Made by a program: the position numbers and the translations under genes. A stretch of DNA of 59,787 bases, filler included, from Perkinsus olseni (taxonomy: Eukaryota): assembly GCA_013115125.1 (NCBI GenBank). It is 4 parts of 4 records of this genome, joined end to end, with 100 filler letters (N's around TTAATTAATTAA, not from the genome) between each part and the next. Parts side by side here need not be neighbours in the genome. Positions count along the whole stretch, not along the records: positions 1 to 14,879 come from JABANN010000716.1; positions 14,980 to 29,855 come from JABANN010000717.1; 2 more parts are not named here. One strand, given 5' to 3'. This document shows, in pieces, positions 13,737-26,253 of the stretch; positions within the stretch are counted from its first letter, which is position 1, and the number at the start of each line of letters is the position of its first letter. The notes under the pieces were generated by a model, which had not been told where the DNA came from, made no database searches, and saw nothing but the letters and a program-made list of their open reading frames with translations.

Positions 13737-14019
13737 TGCGAAGGTGCAAGTTGCGTTCGGCACCTATTATACGAGCTATCGTTTGCTCCCATTAAATGAA
13801 CTGAAGCTGCGTATTCACCAGAGTGGTTTTTGGACGGACGATTCACCACTCGCCACCCGATGACGGAGACTCACGTCCCATTCGCCGTGAGAGATGAATG
13901 GAGAGAATTCAGCAGCTGGAGAGAATGTCTACCTACGGAGCAAATGGTCGTATGTTCGAATGCTGCATCGGGTAGACTTTCAGCTCTGGCCGACGTGGCC
14001 ATATCCCATGATACGATGA

Positions 14020-14101
14020 CGACACCTGGGGGATTCGAACCCTCGCGGGCATAGCCCAACGGCTTAGCAGGCCGCCGCCTTAACCACTCGGCCAAAGTGT
14101 C
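14020..14101 (-). tRNA. tRNA-Ser (anticodon GCT)
   Basis: GACACTTTGGCCGAGTGGTTAAGGCGGCGGCCTGCTAAGCCGTTGGGCTATGCCCGCGAGGGTTCGAATCCCCCAGGTGTCG: A-box, GCT anticodon loop, long variable arm, GGTTCGAATCC T-loop, G discriminator. Confidence 0.95.
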
Positions 14102-14879
14102 TACGTACGCTCGAGATACGTGTGACACCGCTTATTGCCGTGGAGGTTTATAACTCGCTGTCTTCACCGCCTGATACGTAACTGGATAACGCAGTTCTCC
14201 ACGGACACAACAATAGTGTTGCAGTGCCTCCACTGGGAGTACCCCAACCTGATCGTTACCTGCACCAAAAGCCACAGCCGGCAGCGCTTTCGAAACTCTC
14301 TCACATGAAGGTATTCTAATGCAGGTTGTGACGGGCAAAGACTTGGGTAGCCCTGGATCTGTTTCTTCAAGAAGAAACTCTCTTTCCAGATGGGTAACCC
14401 TCGTAGCCCAGCGACCGGGGCTCATCCTTCAGGTTCCTGAGATGTATTCCGGTACAGACAACAGTATGATATACAAGCATGGTACAGACAACCGGTTCCA
14501 AGTTTCTTTCTTTCGCCTGACTATTGCTATTTGTGTGCTTTCATCCGTCGGTAGTGCGAGTACTATTCGAGGACTTGCGAGAAGGCCGGGGGAGGTGGAG
14601 AGAGAAGGGAAAGCCCTCGAACGGGTGCAAACAAGACTAGAACAGTGGCGAAATTTCAAGGTGATACAATTATTCGAGAAAGACAGAGCAAAACGGCGAA
14701 AAATGAGAATGGTAGGGCACGCTGGTGGTCTAGTTGACCACCGAGAGGGCGCGGGAGGGGGAATGGGCATACCAATCGAATGGACCTTCAAATGAACGAA
14801 GTCGCTGATGCAACAACGAAGTGCACTCAACGATCCGCCCACCAGGTTTCCCTCCGAATGGCAACACAAACCCTTCCCA

Positions 14880-14979
14880 NNNNNNNNNNNNNNNNNNNNN
14901 NNNNNNNNNNNNNNNNNNNNNNNTTAATTAATTAANNNNNNNNNNNNNNNNNNNNNNNNNNNNNNNNNNNNNNNNNNNN
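14880..14979. other. Assembly linker N44-TTAATTAATTAA-N44
   Basis: 100-nt N run with a six-frame stop linker. Confidence 0.98.
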
Positions 14980-14989
14980 ACTAATAAGT

Positions 14990-16216
14990 ATGCTTCTATT
15001 CCCAAGTATTTCCCTTGTGTTATGCCAAGCTCAACCAGTAACACAGCTGACACTATACTGTGGCTCAGTTGGCAGCCTGTTCGTCAGGCTCCCAATATCC
15101 TGGAGGCAGGAGTTGTACGATTATCTACTTCTCGTGCCAATCAAAGCCGATGGTCAAGACCTCAACCTCCTTGTGGATACGGGGACGCACGAGCTCTTCT
15201 TCATATCGAAGGGATGGCTCGAGGAGAGCGAGGGGCTCGGGGCGTGTGAAGCATCCGTTTACGGCTGTTACGAGTGCACCACTGACCTCTGCAAGGCTAG
15301 AGTGACAGACATCACGTTCTTTGATGGCGACTGTTTATCAATGGTGTCCCTGACTGGCAACCTCACGATAGGTGGGCAGGATGTCCCAGAGGTCGAGTTC
15401 GGACTAGTAGGGGGATATTCGGGGTCTACGGGGCCCCACGCATCCCTGGGGTTGGCGCCTCAGCCGGAGGAGGACGAGGATGATGACATCCCGCTGTTGG
15501 ACCAGCTCGTGATGAAACGCGTCATTGAATCGACGGACTTCTCCATCGTCTTCAACCCTGGGAATCTGGGTGAAGGCGAGCTAATCCTCGGAGGCCTCGA
15601 CCCCAGCAGATACCGCGGCCCGATGTCCTTCGTACCCCTCAAGGATGGGTATAATACTTGGACAGTCGGGCTGAAGAGTATCCAAGTTGTGGGCAACGCC
15701 ACTCCCATACCGTTGACACCGAATACACCAGTGATCATCGACAGCGGGACCACCTGCTTTCACTTACCGGGCAGTGTGTATGATGTAGTGGTGGCCACCA
15801 TAAAGTCAACTCTCGAGGCGGCAGGGCGGCATGTCGAGATGCGGGAAGGCTCGATGGCACCTCCGGCGCTACGAAATTGCGCACACCGTGAGTATCTTCC
15901 CCCACTCCGGGTTGCCTTCACTTCGCAAGATGGTAGCGATGTAACCGTTATTATACCGCAAGAGGTTTAGGTGCAAGCCTATGATACTGATGCTGGACAG
16001 CTGTGTGCCCTGCTCCTGCGGGAGTCCTCGCAAGGTGAGGAAGACATCTCCATCGGGCAGAATCTCCTCCGCCGATACTATCTCTACTTCCAATACGACC
16101 AGAAACGAATTGGTTTCGCGGAATCGACAGAGGTGCTCACGAAGCCGAAGGAGAGACCTGAGGTTCCTTTGAAGGGCCGTACAGTCTTGCGTCCCGTATT
16201 TGAGCTCAGCATTTGA
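14990..16216 (+). pseudogene. Pepsin-family (A1) aspartic protease copy 1, intronless, single in-frame TAG at 15968-15970
   Basis: Motifs LLVDTGT, IIDSGTT and IGQNLLRRYYLYFQYDQKRIGFA. Reads QEV*VQAYD where paralogs read QELYV. Confidence 0.85.
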
Positions 16217-17279
16217 ACTCGAGGCTCACAGGCGCTTGTTGACGCAAGGCGGTCAGACTCGCTAGCCAGGCATCTCTTAAAGATGCTCCTCGATGACAGT
16301 CTGTGGTTCGGAATACTCTTATGCATCATTCTAATCACTATTTTCTATTCATCATACCCAAATGCTGAATTCTACTGTTTATGGCAAAATTGTGGACTGT
16401 TGACTATTTTTGAGCGAATAGTAGCCACCTCGCGAATTCTGTTGAAAGTCAGCCAATGCTTGCTTACATCTGGCTCGCATAGCGACAACGAATAATTCTT
16501 CACCCAGAACGTTTCGGATCCTCGCCCCCGAAACCCTTACCCTGAACTCTCTCAGCAGCATCACCATATTGGAAACGACTTGGTGAAAGGGCAAGTACAT
16601 ATCACCTAAGTACTGATCTATAGGTAGATAGATAGAGTGCAGACAATGAATTAAGGGGTTTGGTCTGCATCGCAGTCTTGTAAGCTGAGGAGTGGTATCA
16701 TCAACCGGCGAGTACTCCTTATTATAACCACCGCAACGAATCCTGTTATAGTGCTCCTCCACTTCTGATCGAAATTGATACATCAATGGTGGTACACTCC
16801 GCCCAAGTTCATGCAGTAGGAAGAATCTATCGCTAGCTACAGCTGTGCAGCGCTTTGCACCACTTAACTGCGTCGAGCCCTGAGTCAGGGCCCCTGACCA
16901 ATCCTATCGTGCATTCGGCCGATCTTTGCCGCTTGGCTCATTTAGTCGTCCGTTATGCTACGCAGAGCTCAACTTCCGGTCCATCTGACATACTGGGCCA
17001 GTATCGCAGGCACAGTGAGTGTTAATAATTACCTATATGAGTAGTGTCACTAAACAAGAGTTGCTTACCGGGGTTCTAACGTTATGGGGTCATCTACAGT
17101 CTTCAAGCCGACCTAAAGTTCCATAGCTACGCGCCTGCAGCGCTACACTCGCTGCTCAAATGTCGATGCTCCCGTAGCAGCTCGAATTCGCAGGCGCCTC
17201 GAAAACTGCTTGCCGCTCTTTATAGCATGATAGTGAATTGCGGCCATGAGATGCGTGTGAAGCGAATCTTTCGACCTGC

Positions 17280-20200
17280 AGATCTTCTTGCACCTGTAGC
17301 GTTTCGTATAAGACGATCGATCACTATTCTGTAGCGTCGAAGAGCCGCTCCTGCGTGCGTGTCTGCTTGTTCAGTGTGAGCACAATGCTCCGCATCGGAT
17401 GGGTGATCCTTCTCGGCGGGCCGACCTCGTATGCTCTCAACTGTCCCCCTGGTACTGAGGTCCAGAACGACCGGTGTATCAAGTGCCCTGTAGGTGAGGA
17501 CCTTGCCAACCAATAATTGTGCGCTCATGGACGCTTTTTTCTGGAACCGTGGCCGCCCCTGAGAATAGTATCACTAAGGGGTCCTCAACTCAAGGGGCCC
17601 ATCACTCACATTAGTGCTCACGATTGGTTCAGGCACGATTCAGCCTTTCTCGATATCAGACGGCAACACCAGCATACGCTGCCAGTTGTGCCAACCTGGA
17701 CACTTCCAAAGCATTGAAGGCAGCTACGCATCAGAGTGTAGGCATTAGAGCCAGCATTCCCACGGATTCCCACCCCAAAAGTCAACACCATCCTTGAATC
17801 GACAATTAGCGCCCTCATTCACTCGTCCAACACTTTGGACTGAATCATAGCTGCATGTTCTGCTGAAAATTGCTACTTGCCACCGCAGCATGTCAGGTAC
17901 CCCCTGTCCGGTAGGAACCTTCTCCAACGAGGTCGGCAGCGATGGATGTGCCCAGTGCCTGGTTGGTCAGTACCAAGACGTCGAAGGCCAAAGCTACTGT
18001 GAGCTCGGCCCCCTGACTGCCTCGTGACGGAAGCAATGCTTAAGATGACTGAGATCCAACTCTTTCATAGCGTGATGGGACCGGGCTTCCTGACCTCGGT
18101 TGTCTTGCAAAGTAGCCTGACATTGCACATTGACAGGTAAGTTCTGTCCTGGTCGGGCCAGTACTACAACGGCGTCCTCGGCATCAACGTCGCCAACACA
18201 ATGCTACTGTGAGCTTCTGGGCTAGTCCTTGCCGGTGCCTCCCGTTCTAGAACCCGTTGCGAGCTCAGACTCTGCTGTTACTATATTCATGACGTAGGCA
18301 AACCTTCTTACTACAGCCATTGTGCAGTGGGAGAATCCATCGTCAACTGTGAGGCATCGAAGGCATACTTTTTCAACCTCCGAGTCACAGATATCAAGTA
18401 ATAGAAACTCAAGTGGATACCCGCATCAGCACAGTCCAGCTGATCATCGGTCGGCAATCGAGGTCAATCGAGCATATGTGCATCTGTCTCAGCCTGTGCG
18501 AGCCCTGTCCGTCGGGGATGGACTGCCCGGGAGGATGGGTGAATAGAGACACTTCCTCAGAGGGTGAGCTTGCTTCCCTACGGAGGGGGCCTCGCGTACA
18601 TACACGCCTCATAGCCACTCGCAAATCCGCTAGAACCTCTGGTCGCTGAGTTGTGGTACCAGATCGTCGAGTCCGTAGCATCTGAGTGTGTTGTGCTGAT
18701 TCATCGCAGACACCAAGTACCATGCGCAGCCTTCCGTCCGTCCTGGCATGTGGGCCAGCATATCTGCTAAATATCAACCGTATAAATGTGAGCAAGGGGG
18801 GAGGAGAGACACCAGGCCCTGGTGACCAGGGTACACGGTGAACCACGCGAGAGTGAGCTCAGATGTCCGAGTTCACTAACATCCTAGAGGAGACAGATCT
18901 TTCGTTGTGAATCACCGCCTTTCACGACCTCATTACCCGCCCTCTCTACGAAATGCTGGCCATGTGGAGCGGCCATCACGCCACGCCCACCCCACAGCAC
19001 AATCGTCCCCATTCCCAGGTGTGTCGTACTTCGAGTGCCCTGGTGGACCCGCTGGCGAGTGTGCTCTGTGGAGGACCGGTACGGCATGTACCAAATGCGT
19101 GGAAGGGTACGCCACATCCTTGCATGCCCTTCCCTCGTTCCCTGTGCTCCTCTCCACCGTAACCAACATCCTGCTCGCTGTGTTTGACTTATGCCGCTTT
19201 CACAATCGTGATCGCCCCTGTAGATACTTTCGTTTCAACGGCGCCTGTCTAGAATGCTCCCCCGGTCATCGCTTGACACTGGTAGCCATGCTCGCCCTCA
19301 TGGCCATCTTCTGCTATGCCACGTGAGTCCGGGAGCATCGGACCCATCGAGGTCTCCTGGAGGTACCACATGACCGGTGGCAGCACCATGCTCCATCAGT
19401 TGACGACACTACTCGGTGTGACGATGTCTCTCGGCTACGTGAGTTGGAAGCGTCGTATCTTCCCTGGCAGCTCGTGCCACCGACAGAGTAGCTTCCACTG
19501 CCCTCTGCTCTCCGAGCCGACCCGACATGCGCTGTTGAATTCCCGAAGCTTCCATCATCGGAGCCGTCCCATTAGAAGTGGGCCCTCTGAATCGCCGTTC
19601 CCGTATTGATGTCAGATAGTGACCTACCTGCAGATGATGGGTCTCTTCGGTATAATTCTGTTCGATTGGCACTTGAGCTCAGTGGACGGGAAGGCCTGGA
19701 GCTCGGTGAGGTGGCCGTCCCCCTTTCAATCCCTACCGAAAGAACTAGTAGCTAAGAACTAGAACTACTAAGAGCTCCAAGAACTAGTTCACCTCGATTC
19801 AACTGTCACCATCTCGCTCATGCCAATACGACTCATCATTATTCTCAGCTCCTAACAGTCCTACGGCTCGCTTTGTTCGACTTCGGCGAGGCGTTGGCCC
19901 TTGACTGCTGGTCGAGCAATATCTCCCCCTTGGGGGTCTACATCGCCCGTATGCTCATACCGCTACTCCTCTACGGGTGAGTGGAGGCTCGACCCGTTCG
20001 TCCCCCGCGCTCACAACTCGTGAATCACAACAAGGCTGACAGTGCTCCTGCGGCTGTCCATATGGGATCATCGAAACTCAGTTCGAACGGCGTGTTCGTC
20101 GTGCTATTATGAGGGCATCCCCGGCAGTGTTAGATTAACAACTCCACTTCTGGCGAGACTCTCCGACCTATCGAAGGAATTCAGTATTACGATTAAGCTT

Positions 20201-22009
20201 CATTTCTCAGGATGATGACATTCCTATGGTTCGGTATCCAGTTTAAACGCTACCACCTCGTCACCAGCATTGGGAGGAGGTATCCCTACTGTGTTCTGTT
20301 GATGGGCTACAGTCCTTCTGTTTCAGCTACAAGTGGGAGTATCTAAGCCTGGCCAACTCCATCGGGCAGATAACACAGGCCCTCTTCATTCCTATAGTGG
20401 TATCTTCACTGGCTCCCTTGCAATGCTTCTCCCACCCTAGCAGGGTCAGTCAGGGGACTTTTCCAAACGCTCTGCTCAACGCACCCGAAGAATTCCCACG
20501 CTCACTCAATGCGGTTCTTCGGTCGCCGAAGATGATTCCTTCTTTATATGGATCTATTCATTGCAATCACCTGCTAGCCTGCTCAGGATGCTCGGTCGGT
20601 ACTGCAATACCCAGAGCAGTTGTGCGAGGGCAGCGATTACTGGGCAAAGGTTGGGGTTGGCATCGCTTGTGAGAAGCGGGTTCATGTTCATGTTCATGTT
20701 CGGATCGAATCACCTGCGTCCTGTCGCGTTCCTCCACGTTTTAGCATTTTGCAACCATCGTTCGAACTCAACTCGCTGTTGTCTACCAGTATACCCCAAT
20801 GGGGCCCTCACTCTTGCTTCTGGCCTGATAGTCGCAGACCTGCGAAATGTCTGATCGCAAGCCCTCCGCGCCTCCAAGCTTCACTTGGACTCCAAGTCTT
20901 GGAGTGCTGCAGCAGCAGTGCTGCTATTTTATACCATCCCTTTCGTGAATCATTAAGTCTCACTGCACGGCTGCTCAGGTTTCACCGTGTTCGTTGTTGG
21001 CTTCGTATGCTTGGTGTTCTGGGCTACTCTGTGGGTTGGGGGACTCTGTGAGACGGACCCTTCGTGAGTATCCCCTCTCTTTGCTGCAAGAAGCTTGGTT
21101 GCCGCAGGTATATGAAGAGGTTCCGATTCCTGTTCTATCGGTTTCGACAAGATCGCTACTATTGGCCGACTATCATCGTCACCAGGAACCTAGCTCTGTC
21201 CCTTGTGCCGTTCATCAAAGTCGACGACATGTAGGTTGGTAGGAGGTTTCCAGACCCACCGCGCTGCTTAAACTAAATAAGCAGAGCATCGGTTCATTAC
21301 GGCGTCGACGTTGTCACTCACACTGTCCATGGCAAGACAGCGATCGATAGATTTGTGTTCCCCTCAGCCATCTGAAGATCCTCTTATTCGATATGGTCAT
21401 TTCTGGCGCGTTGGTGATGCAGTTCAAGTTCTGGCCTTGGAGGAGTCATCTCCTCAATTGGTCCGAGGTCATATCCCAGGCCCTCATGCTCCTAACCACG
21501 ATAATCTCCGCGGTGAGCTCGGGTATCTTTACGAGAACGCTGCGGCTGAGCCAATGCAGAACGTACAACTCAGAGCTACGAGCGCGTCGGGATAATTCAA
21601 AGGGAAGCCTATCGGGCCCCGTCTGAGCTAGACGGTCCTTCGTAGCAAGGGGTCCACTATGGAGGGTTCTCCGTACATCGGAAACTCACGATTCGTCAAT
21701 GGATGGGGTATCGCGGTGGATGCCATTAAAGTGGTAGTCAGGTATTCATACCGCGGCAAGGAGAGTTGCCAAGCGGCAAGTCGGCCGTTAATGCGCTTTT
21801 GGTGTTCCTCATCATTACCGGAGCGATGTGAGTACCGATGGGGAGCACTTAGCCGGGGAGTGGACTTCCTGGCAAGAGATTGTGTGGTAGACGCACCGTG
21901 CTGATAGGAACGGTCCCATGGCTGCTGCAGAGGGGACCGTCCAGTGGACGATCAACTGAGACTTCCCTCTACAGCGGTTCCGAAGACATCGCTAATTGGC
22001 GATTCTTAA
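17280..22009 (+). CDS. Cys-repeat (GCC2/GCC3, ephrin-receptor-like) multi-pass membrane protein, CRMP-like; multi-exon, 5' end may extend upstream
   Basis: Exons encode CPPGTEVQNDRCIKCP, CQLCQPGHFQS, CPVGTFSNEVGSDGCAQCLVGQYQDVEGQSYC, CEPCPSGMDCPGG and CALWRTGTACTKCVEG. Several hydrophobic helices follow, with RFRFLFYRFRQDRYYWPTIIVTRN and FWPWRSHLLNWSE. Confidence 0.7.
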
Positions 22010-22537
22010 TCTCGTGAGAAAAGCACAACGAACCCCACCGGCAAAAATGCTGCCGATCGCGACTCGGATCGGAAATTTGTTTGCTCTAAACGGAATTACC
22101 CTGGAATCATGATTGCGTCATGATGCGAGAACTAAATACACAAGGAGGACTTGAACAACACGAGTCTGGAAGTTCGACGACACAGCTTGGGGCGCAGTAG
22201 AATGAAGTTACGATTCTCGGCCCTGAGCACCCGGATGACCTTCTCCTTCACACGTTCACGATTCTGCCAAATCTCCTTTCCCTGCATCAAGTCCAGTGGC
22301 CGACACCACTGGGGCCTGGCGTGACACCAAACGCTAACCGACATTCCCGTTCGTGGGAGTACAACATTCTTCTTCGCGGCGAGCGGGAAATGCTGGCCTT
22401 CGCCGTCTCTAGCTCGACTCGCGTGTTTCCAGAATGGGGGTGTGCATGAACTGTTTGCAGCGCTCGCTTCGGGAAGGCAGTAGATTTGGTCGTGAGGAAT
22501 TCTTGTTCAAATCAAGTTGGTTTACTCTTGATTGCCA

Positions 22538-23703
22538 ATGACACTAGGACTTCGGCGGATACAGTGTTTCATCCTGAGTGTGGTGTGTGGTAGCATGGTC
22601 AACGCGCAATTGGTAAGACTTCCGGTACTCGTGACGGAAGAGTCCTGGAAGGACCAGTACGACTACTCACTAATTGTGCCAATCAAAGCCGATGGTCAAG
22701 ACCTCAACCTCCTTGTGGATACGGGAACGAGCGAGGTCTTCTTTCTGTCGAAAGAATGGCTCGAGGTGAGCGAGGGGCTCGGAGCGTGTGAAGCATCTGT
22801 TTACGGCTGTTACGAGTGCACCACAGACCTCTGTGATGCAGAAGTGAGCGAAATCGAGTTCTGTGATGGCGACTGCGTATCAATTGTGCCCCTCACCGGC
22901 AACCTCACGATAGGAGGACAGGAAGTTCCCGGGGTTAAGTTCGGGCTAGTACAGGAATATTCGGGTTCAATGGCGCCCCACGCATCCCTGGGGTTGGCGC
23001 CCCAGCCGGAGGAAGATGAGGATGATTACATCCCACTGTTGGACCAGCTCGTGATGAAACGCGTCATTAAATCGACGGACTTCTCCATCGTCTTCAACCC
23101 TGGGAATCTGAGTGAAGGGGAGCTGATCCTCGGAGGCCTCGACCCCAGCAGATACCGCGGCCCGATGTCCTTCGTACCCCTCAAGGATGGGTATAATACT
23201 TGGACAGTCGGGCTGAAGAGTATCCAAGTTGTGGGCGGAATATGCCGATAAGCATCGACGGCGGGACCGCGGCCCTCTACCTACCAAGAAGGGTCTTTGA
23301 TTCTCTGGTGGCGACCATTAATTCATCCCTAAAGTCGACGGGAAGACGTGTCGATCTGAAGGGGAGCTCGAGGGACATCCCGGCCTTACGTGACTGTGGA
23401 GACCGCGAGTTTCTTCCTTCACTTCAACTTTCTCTCGATTAGTCAGATCGCGGAGATCTAACCGTAAGCGTGCCGCAGGAGCTATATGTGGAAGTTTACA
23501 ACACACTAGCAGGACCAGTGTGCGCTCTGGCCTTCAGAGTGCGTATGGACGATGTCCAGGAAATTGCTATCGGGCTCACTTTTCTTCGCAAGTACAACGT
23601 CTACTTCCAATATGACCAACGTCGAGTTGGTTTTGCTGAGACCAAGCCGAAGAATAAGGCAGAACCTCCGTCGAAGGGACGTACAGAGTTGCGTCCGAAC
23701 TGA
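22538..23703 (+). pseudogene. Aspartic protease copy 2, frameshifted (25-nt deletion near 23236) plus in-frame TAG at 23440-23442
   Basis: Signal peptide and DTGT motif present. Relative to copy 3 it lacks aactccactcccataccgttaacag. The C-lobe continues in another frame (SIDGGTA...LSLD*SDRGDLTVSVPQELY...RRVGFA). Confidence 0.88.
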
Positions 23704-23875
23704 TCGCCTGAAGCTCGAGGTTCACAGTCTCTCCTTTGCGACAGATACCCGTGTTATTGTGCAAACTGTGTCAGCTAGCAGTTGTAATTTTCCAAGCCTC
23801 CATGATTCTATTGTACCTCTCATGAAGTGGTATTGGATGCGTAAGGCTTTGGGAGTGTGAATTAACAGTCCGTCA

Positions 23876-25930
23876 ATGTTGAAGTTCACTCCCAGCATTC
23901 CTCCAACTGTCCAAGTTGAACAGTCCAACTCGGGTGTGCCGAGGAAGATGCCCCTTGGACCGCCTGGGCCGCAAACCCTGACTGACGAGAAAGCGGGAGA
24001 GGCGTTGCCCCGTTGCCGGGCTCTAAAACTGAATTCGCTGAGCAGTACGACCGCAATAGAGAATCCCCAAGACAGCGATTCCGATACCGCATCGACGACT
24101 GGGGGGTCGTGAAGTACCGGTGACCGGTGACCGGTCAGTGTTGTGATGACCTCGCTGCCCCTTGCTGACGACCTTCGAGCTCAAGCTCCACCCCGGGAGC
24201 TTCCTAGACATTCGGATCTATACAGTAGCTTGGCTGTTAGGTTATTCGTGGCGGTTACAGCATACTCTGCTCACATCGCACGCAAAGGGGGCAGCCTGCA
24301 GACGGAGGTTGAACCTTGTGAACGGTACAGAGAGGAAGTACGATCAAAATGGGACGACCTGGTAAGCCTTCACCCTTTCTCAGTGTCCTGGGCTCCTCGA
24401 CGCGACATAACGGTTTAGGTTGAATCGTTCGAAGAGTCTCCTGATGGGCATACGTGCGTGGACATCACAGCCATCATGAATAAATACGACTTGGAGAGGT
24501 TCACAGTGGTGAGAAGCGGGAGGGCTCCAACTAGTTCTCGTCCAACTAGGGGACAGGAGGATTATGTGCCTCCACAATCACTGTGCCAATTCTCAGTCAA
24601 ACGAAGAGATCGTAGAACGTTCAGCAACCGAAGCGGTTGGTCCCGGAGGTTCGTCGATTCTGACCTTCCTTAGTTGTTGGAGACAATCGCAGCTGCGTTG
24701 TACATACCGCCGGAGACGGTCCAGGCTGCACCCAGCACAATCATAACAAGAGCAGCCTTGCTGGAGTGCCTACCGGAGCTTCCTGAGTTCAGTGAGCGAC
24801 AGGAGGAGGATGAGCAGCCCGTCCCCCTACGCCGGTGAGCTTCACACCCTATAGTGCCTGGTACGGTCTCCACAGAGTTCCACTCAAACCGTCCGAATCG
24901 AGGTTTGGGTAGACCGAAACCCGATCCCGAATTTCCGATTGTCTCTCTCCACCGACCTCGTCCGTAACACCGAGCCGTTCATTGAAGTGTGGATTTGTTC
25001 AGGCCCTCCGTGAGCAAGACCATGCCTGCTCGGTCCCGGAGGAAGCATGGCACAGTAGGCGTTGGCCCCAGCACCGATACCTGCGAAGGCTCCAGAAGAT
25101 CGCAGAGGAAACATACAATCATACGTCGTGAGTATCTCCTCGATACCTGAGGTCGTGGAACTCACGCGTTCGGGGCCTGGAACTCAGGGGAAGGTTTAGG
25201 GGGCTACTTCTCGGCTCATACTTGCCAATCTCACTGTGGCACACCGGCATGTAGCTCTGTCCCGGAGTTGTCTCCCTTCACTTAATCATGATGATGTGGT
25301 ATAGAGCGGCATTGTCATTGTAGTGGCAGCGGTCCGTTTGCTGATGCCGTGACTCGTTAGCCTCTGCAAGAAGGCACACTGTTGCTGGAGCAAGGCCCTC
25401 AATGGTGCAGCACTCGCCGATGGTGTATCCTGCTCGCTCGCGGAAGAGACGGATCAGTTTCGTCAGGCAAGTCCGCTCACCGGATTCACAATTCGTACTT
25501 GCTCGGGTGAACTGTCAGACCAGAGACGAGCGAAGTGCAGCGAGAGAAGCGGGCTAGTGTCGATTTCCGTGCAATGTTTGAGGAGTTCGCCAGGAACAAC
25601 GATAGGTGCCGACTCAACGCGACAGGCGTCTCGTCACAATGCCGAGGGCCATGGCAGACACTCCTTGGCAAATTCCTAGCACCGAGTGCCTACCGGCCCT
25701 CTGCTGAGCCCAACTTGTCGATTTCAGTCATCTGGATCCGCCAGTGGTGGGAGCTGAGTGAAGAAGTGTGGCCCGAGCGTGAGATTGCATGCGTCGACGA
25801 TTTGTCGTTGCAGTACCAATTGTGATTTGCGTGTTGCAGTTGGTGTGAACTATTCGAGGCCGAAGCTCCGTGCCAAGTGAATTACTCGATACTTGATGGC
25901 AAAGCACCGTGCTTGGATCACTAATTAATC
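23876..25930 (+). CDS. Hypothetical multi-exon protein (boundaries uncertain)
   Basis: Series of open segments bounded by AG/GT(GC) sites (e.g. LLETIAAALYIPPETVQAAPSTIITRAALLECLPELPEF; RASVDFRAMFEEFARNNDR). No recognised domain. Confidence 0.35.
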
Positions 25931-26253
25931 ATCACTTCTAGCTACCTCATGTCATAGCCCGATGCACACCCAACGAGAATTCCCGCAAGTCGAGCTCCAG
26001 TGAACGCTCAGGTCAGGCACGGTTCCTTGCACGGAATTCCGCCCAAACTTGGACTCTCGAGACGCCAATTCAATTCCATCCTCGCGTGGCGGGCGATAAA
26101 CATCGCGCCTGGGCCGCATGTCTTCCGAGTTTCGTGATTCCCTACACAACGAGAAAGTTGGTGTCCGCCTTTCCAACCTGAGTGCTGGTTTCAAGACAAT
26201 AACACCAGCGAGAGCTCTGTTGCAAACAGGTCACATTCTTCCGTGCCTCTTAA

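Noticed and set aside
14132..14869. Overlapping ORFs on both strands at the end of contig 1
   Set aside because: No recognisable domain, and the coding strand could not be decided.
14924..14935. TTAATTAATTAA palindrome repeated three times at ~15-kb spacing
   Set aside because: Artificial six-frame-stop linker inside N gaps; not biological.
15968..23442. Two in-frame TAGs in protease copies suggesting TAG reassignment
   Set aside because: They fall at different positions replacing different residues, copy 2 is also frameshifted, and the conserved genes read here needed no internal TAG.
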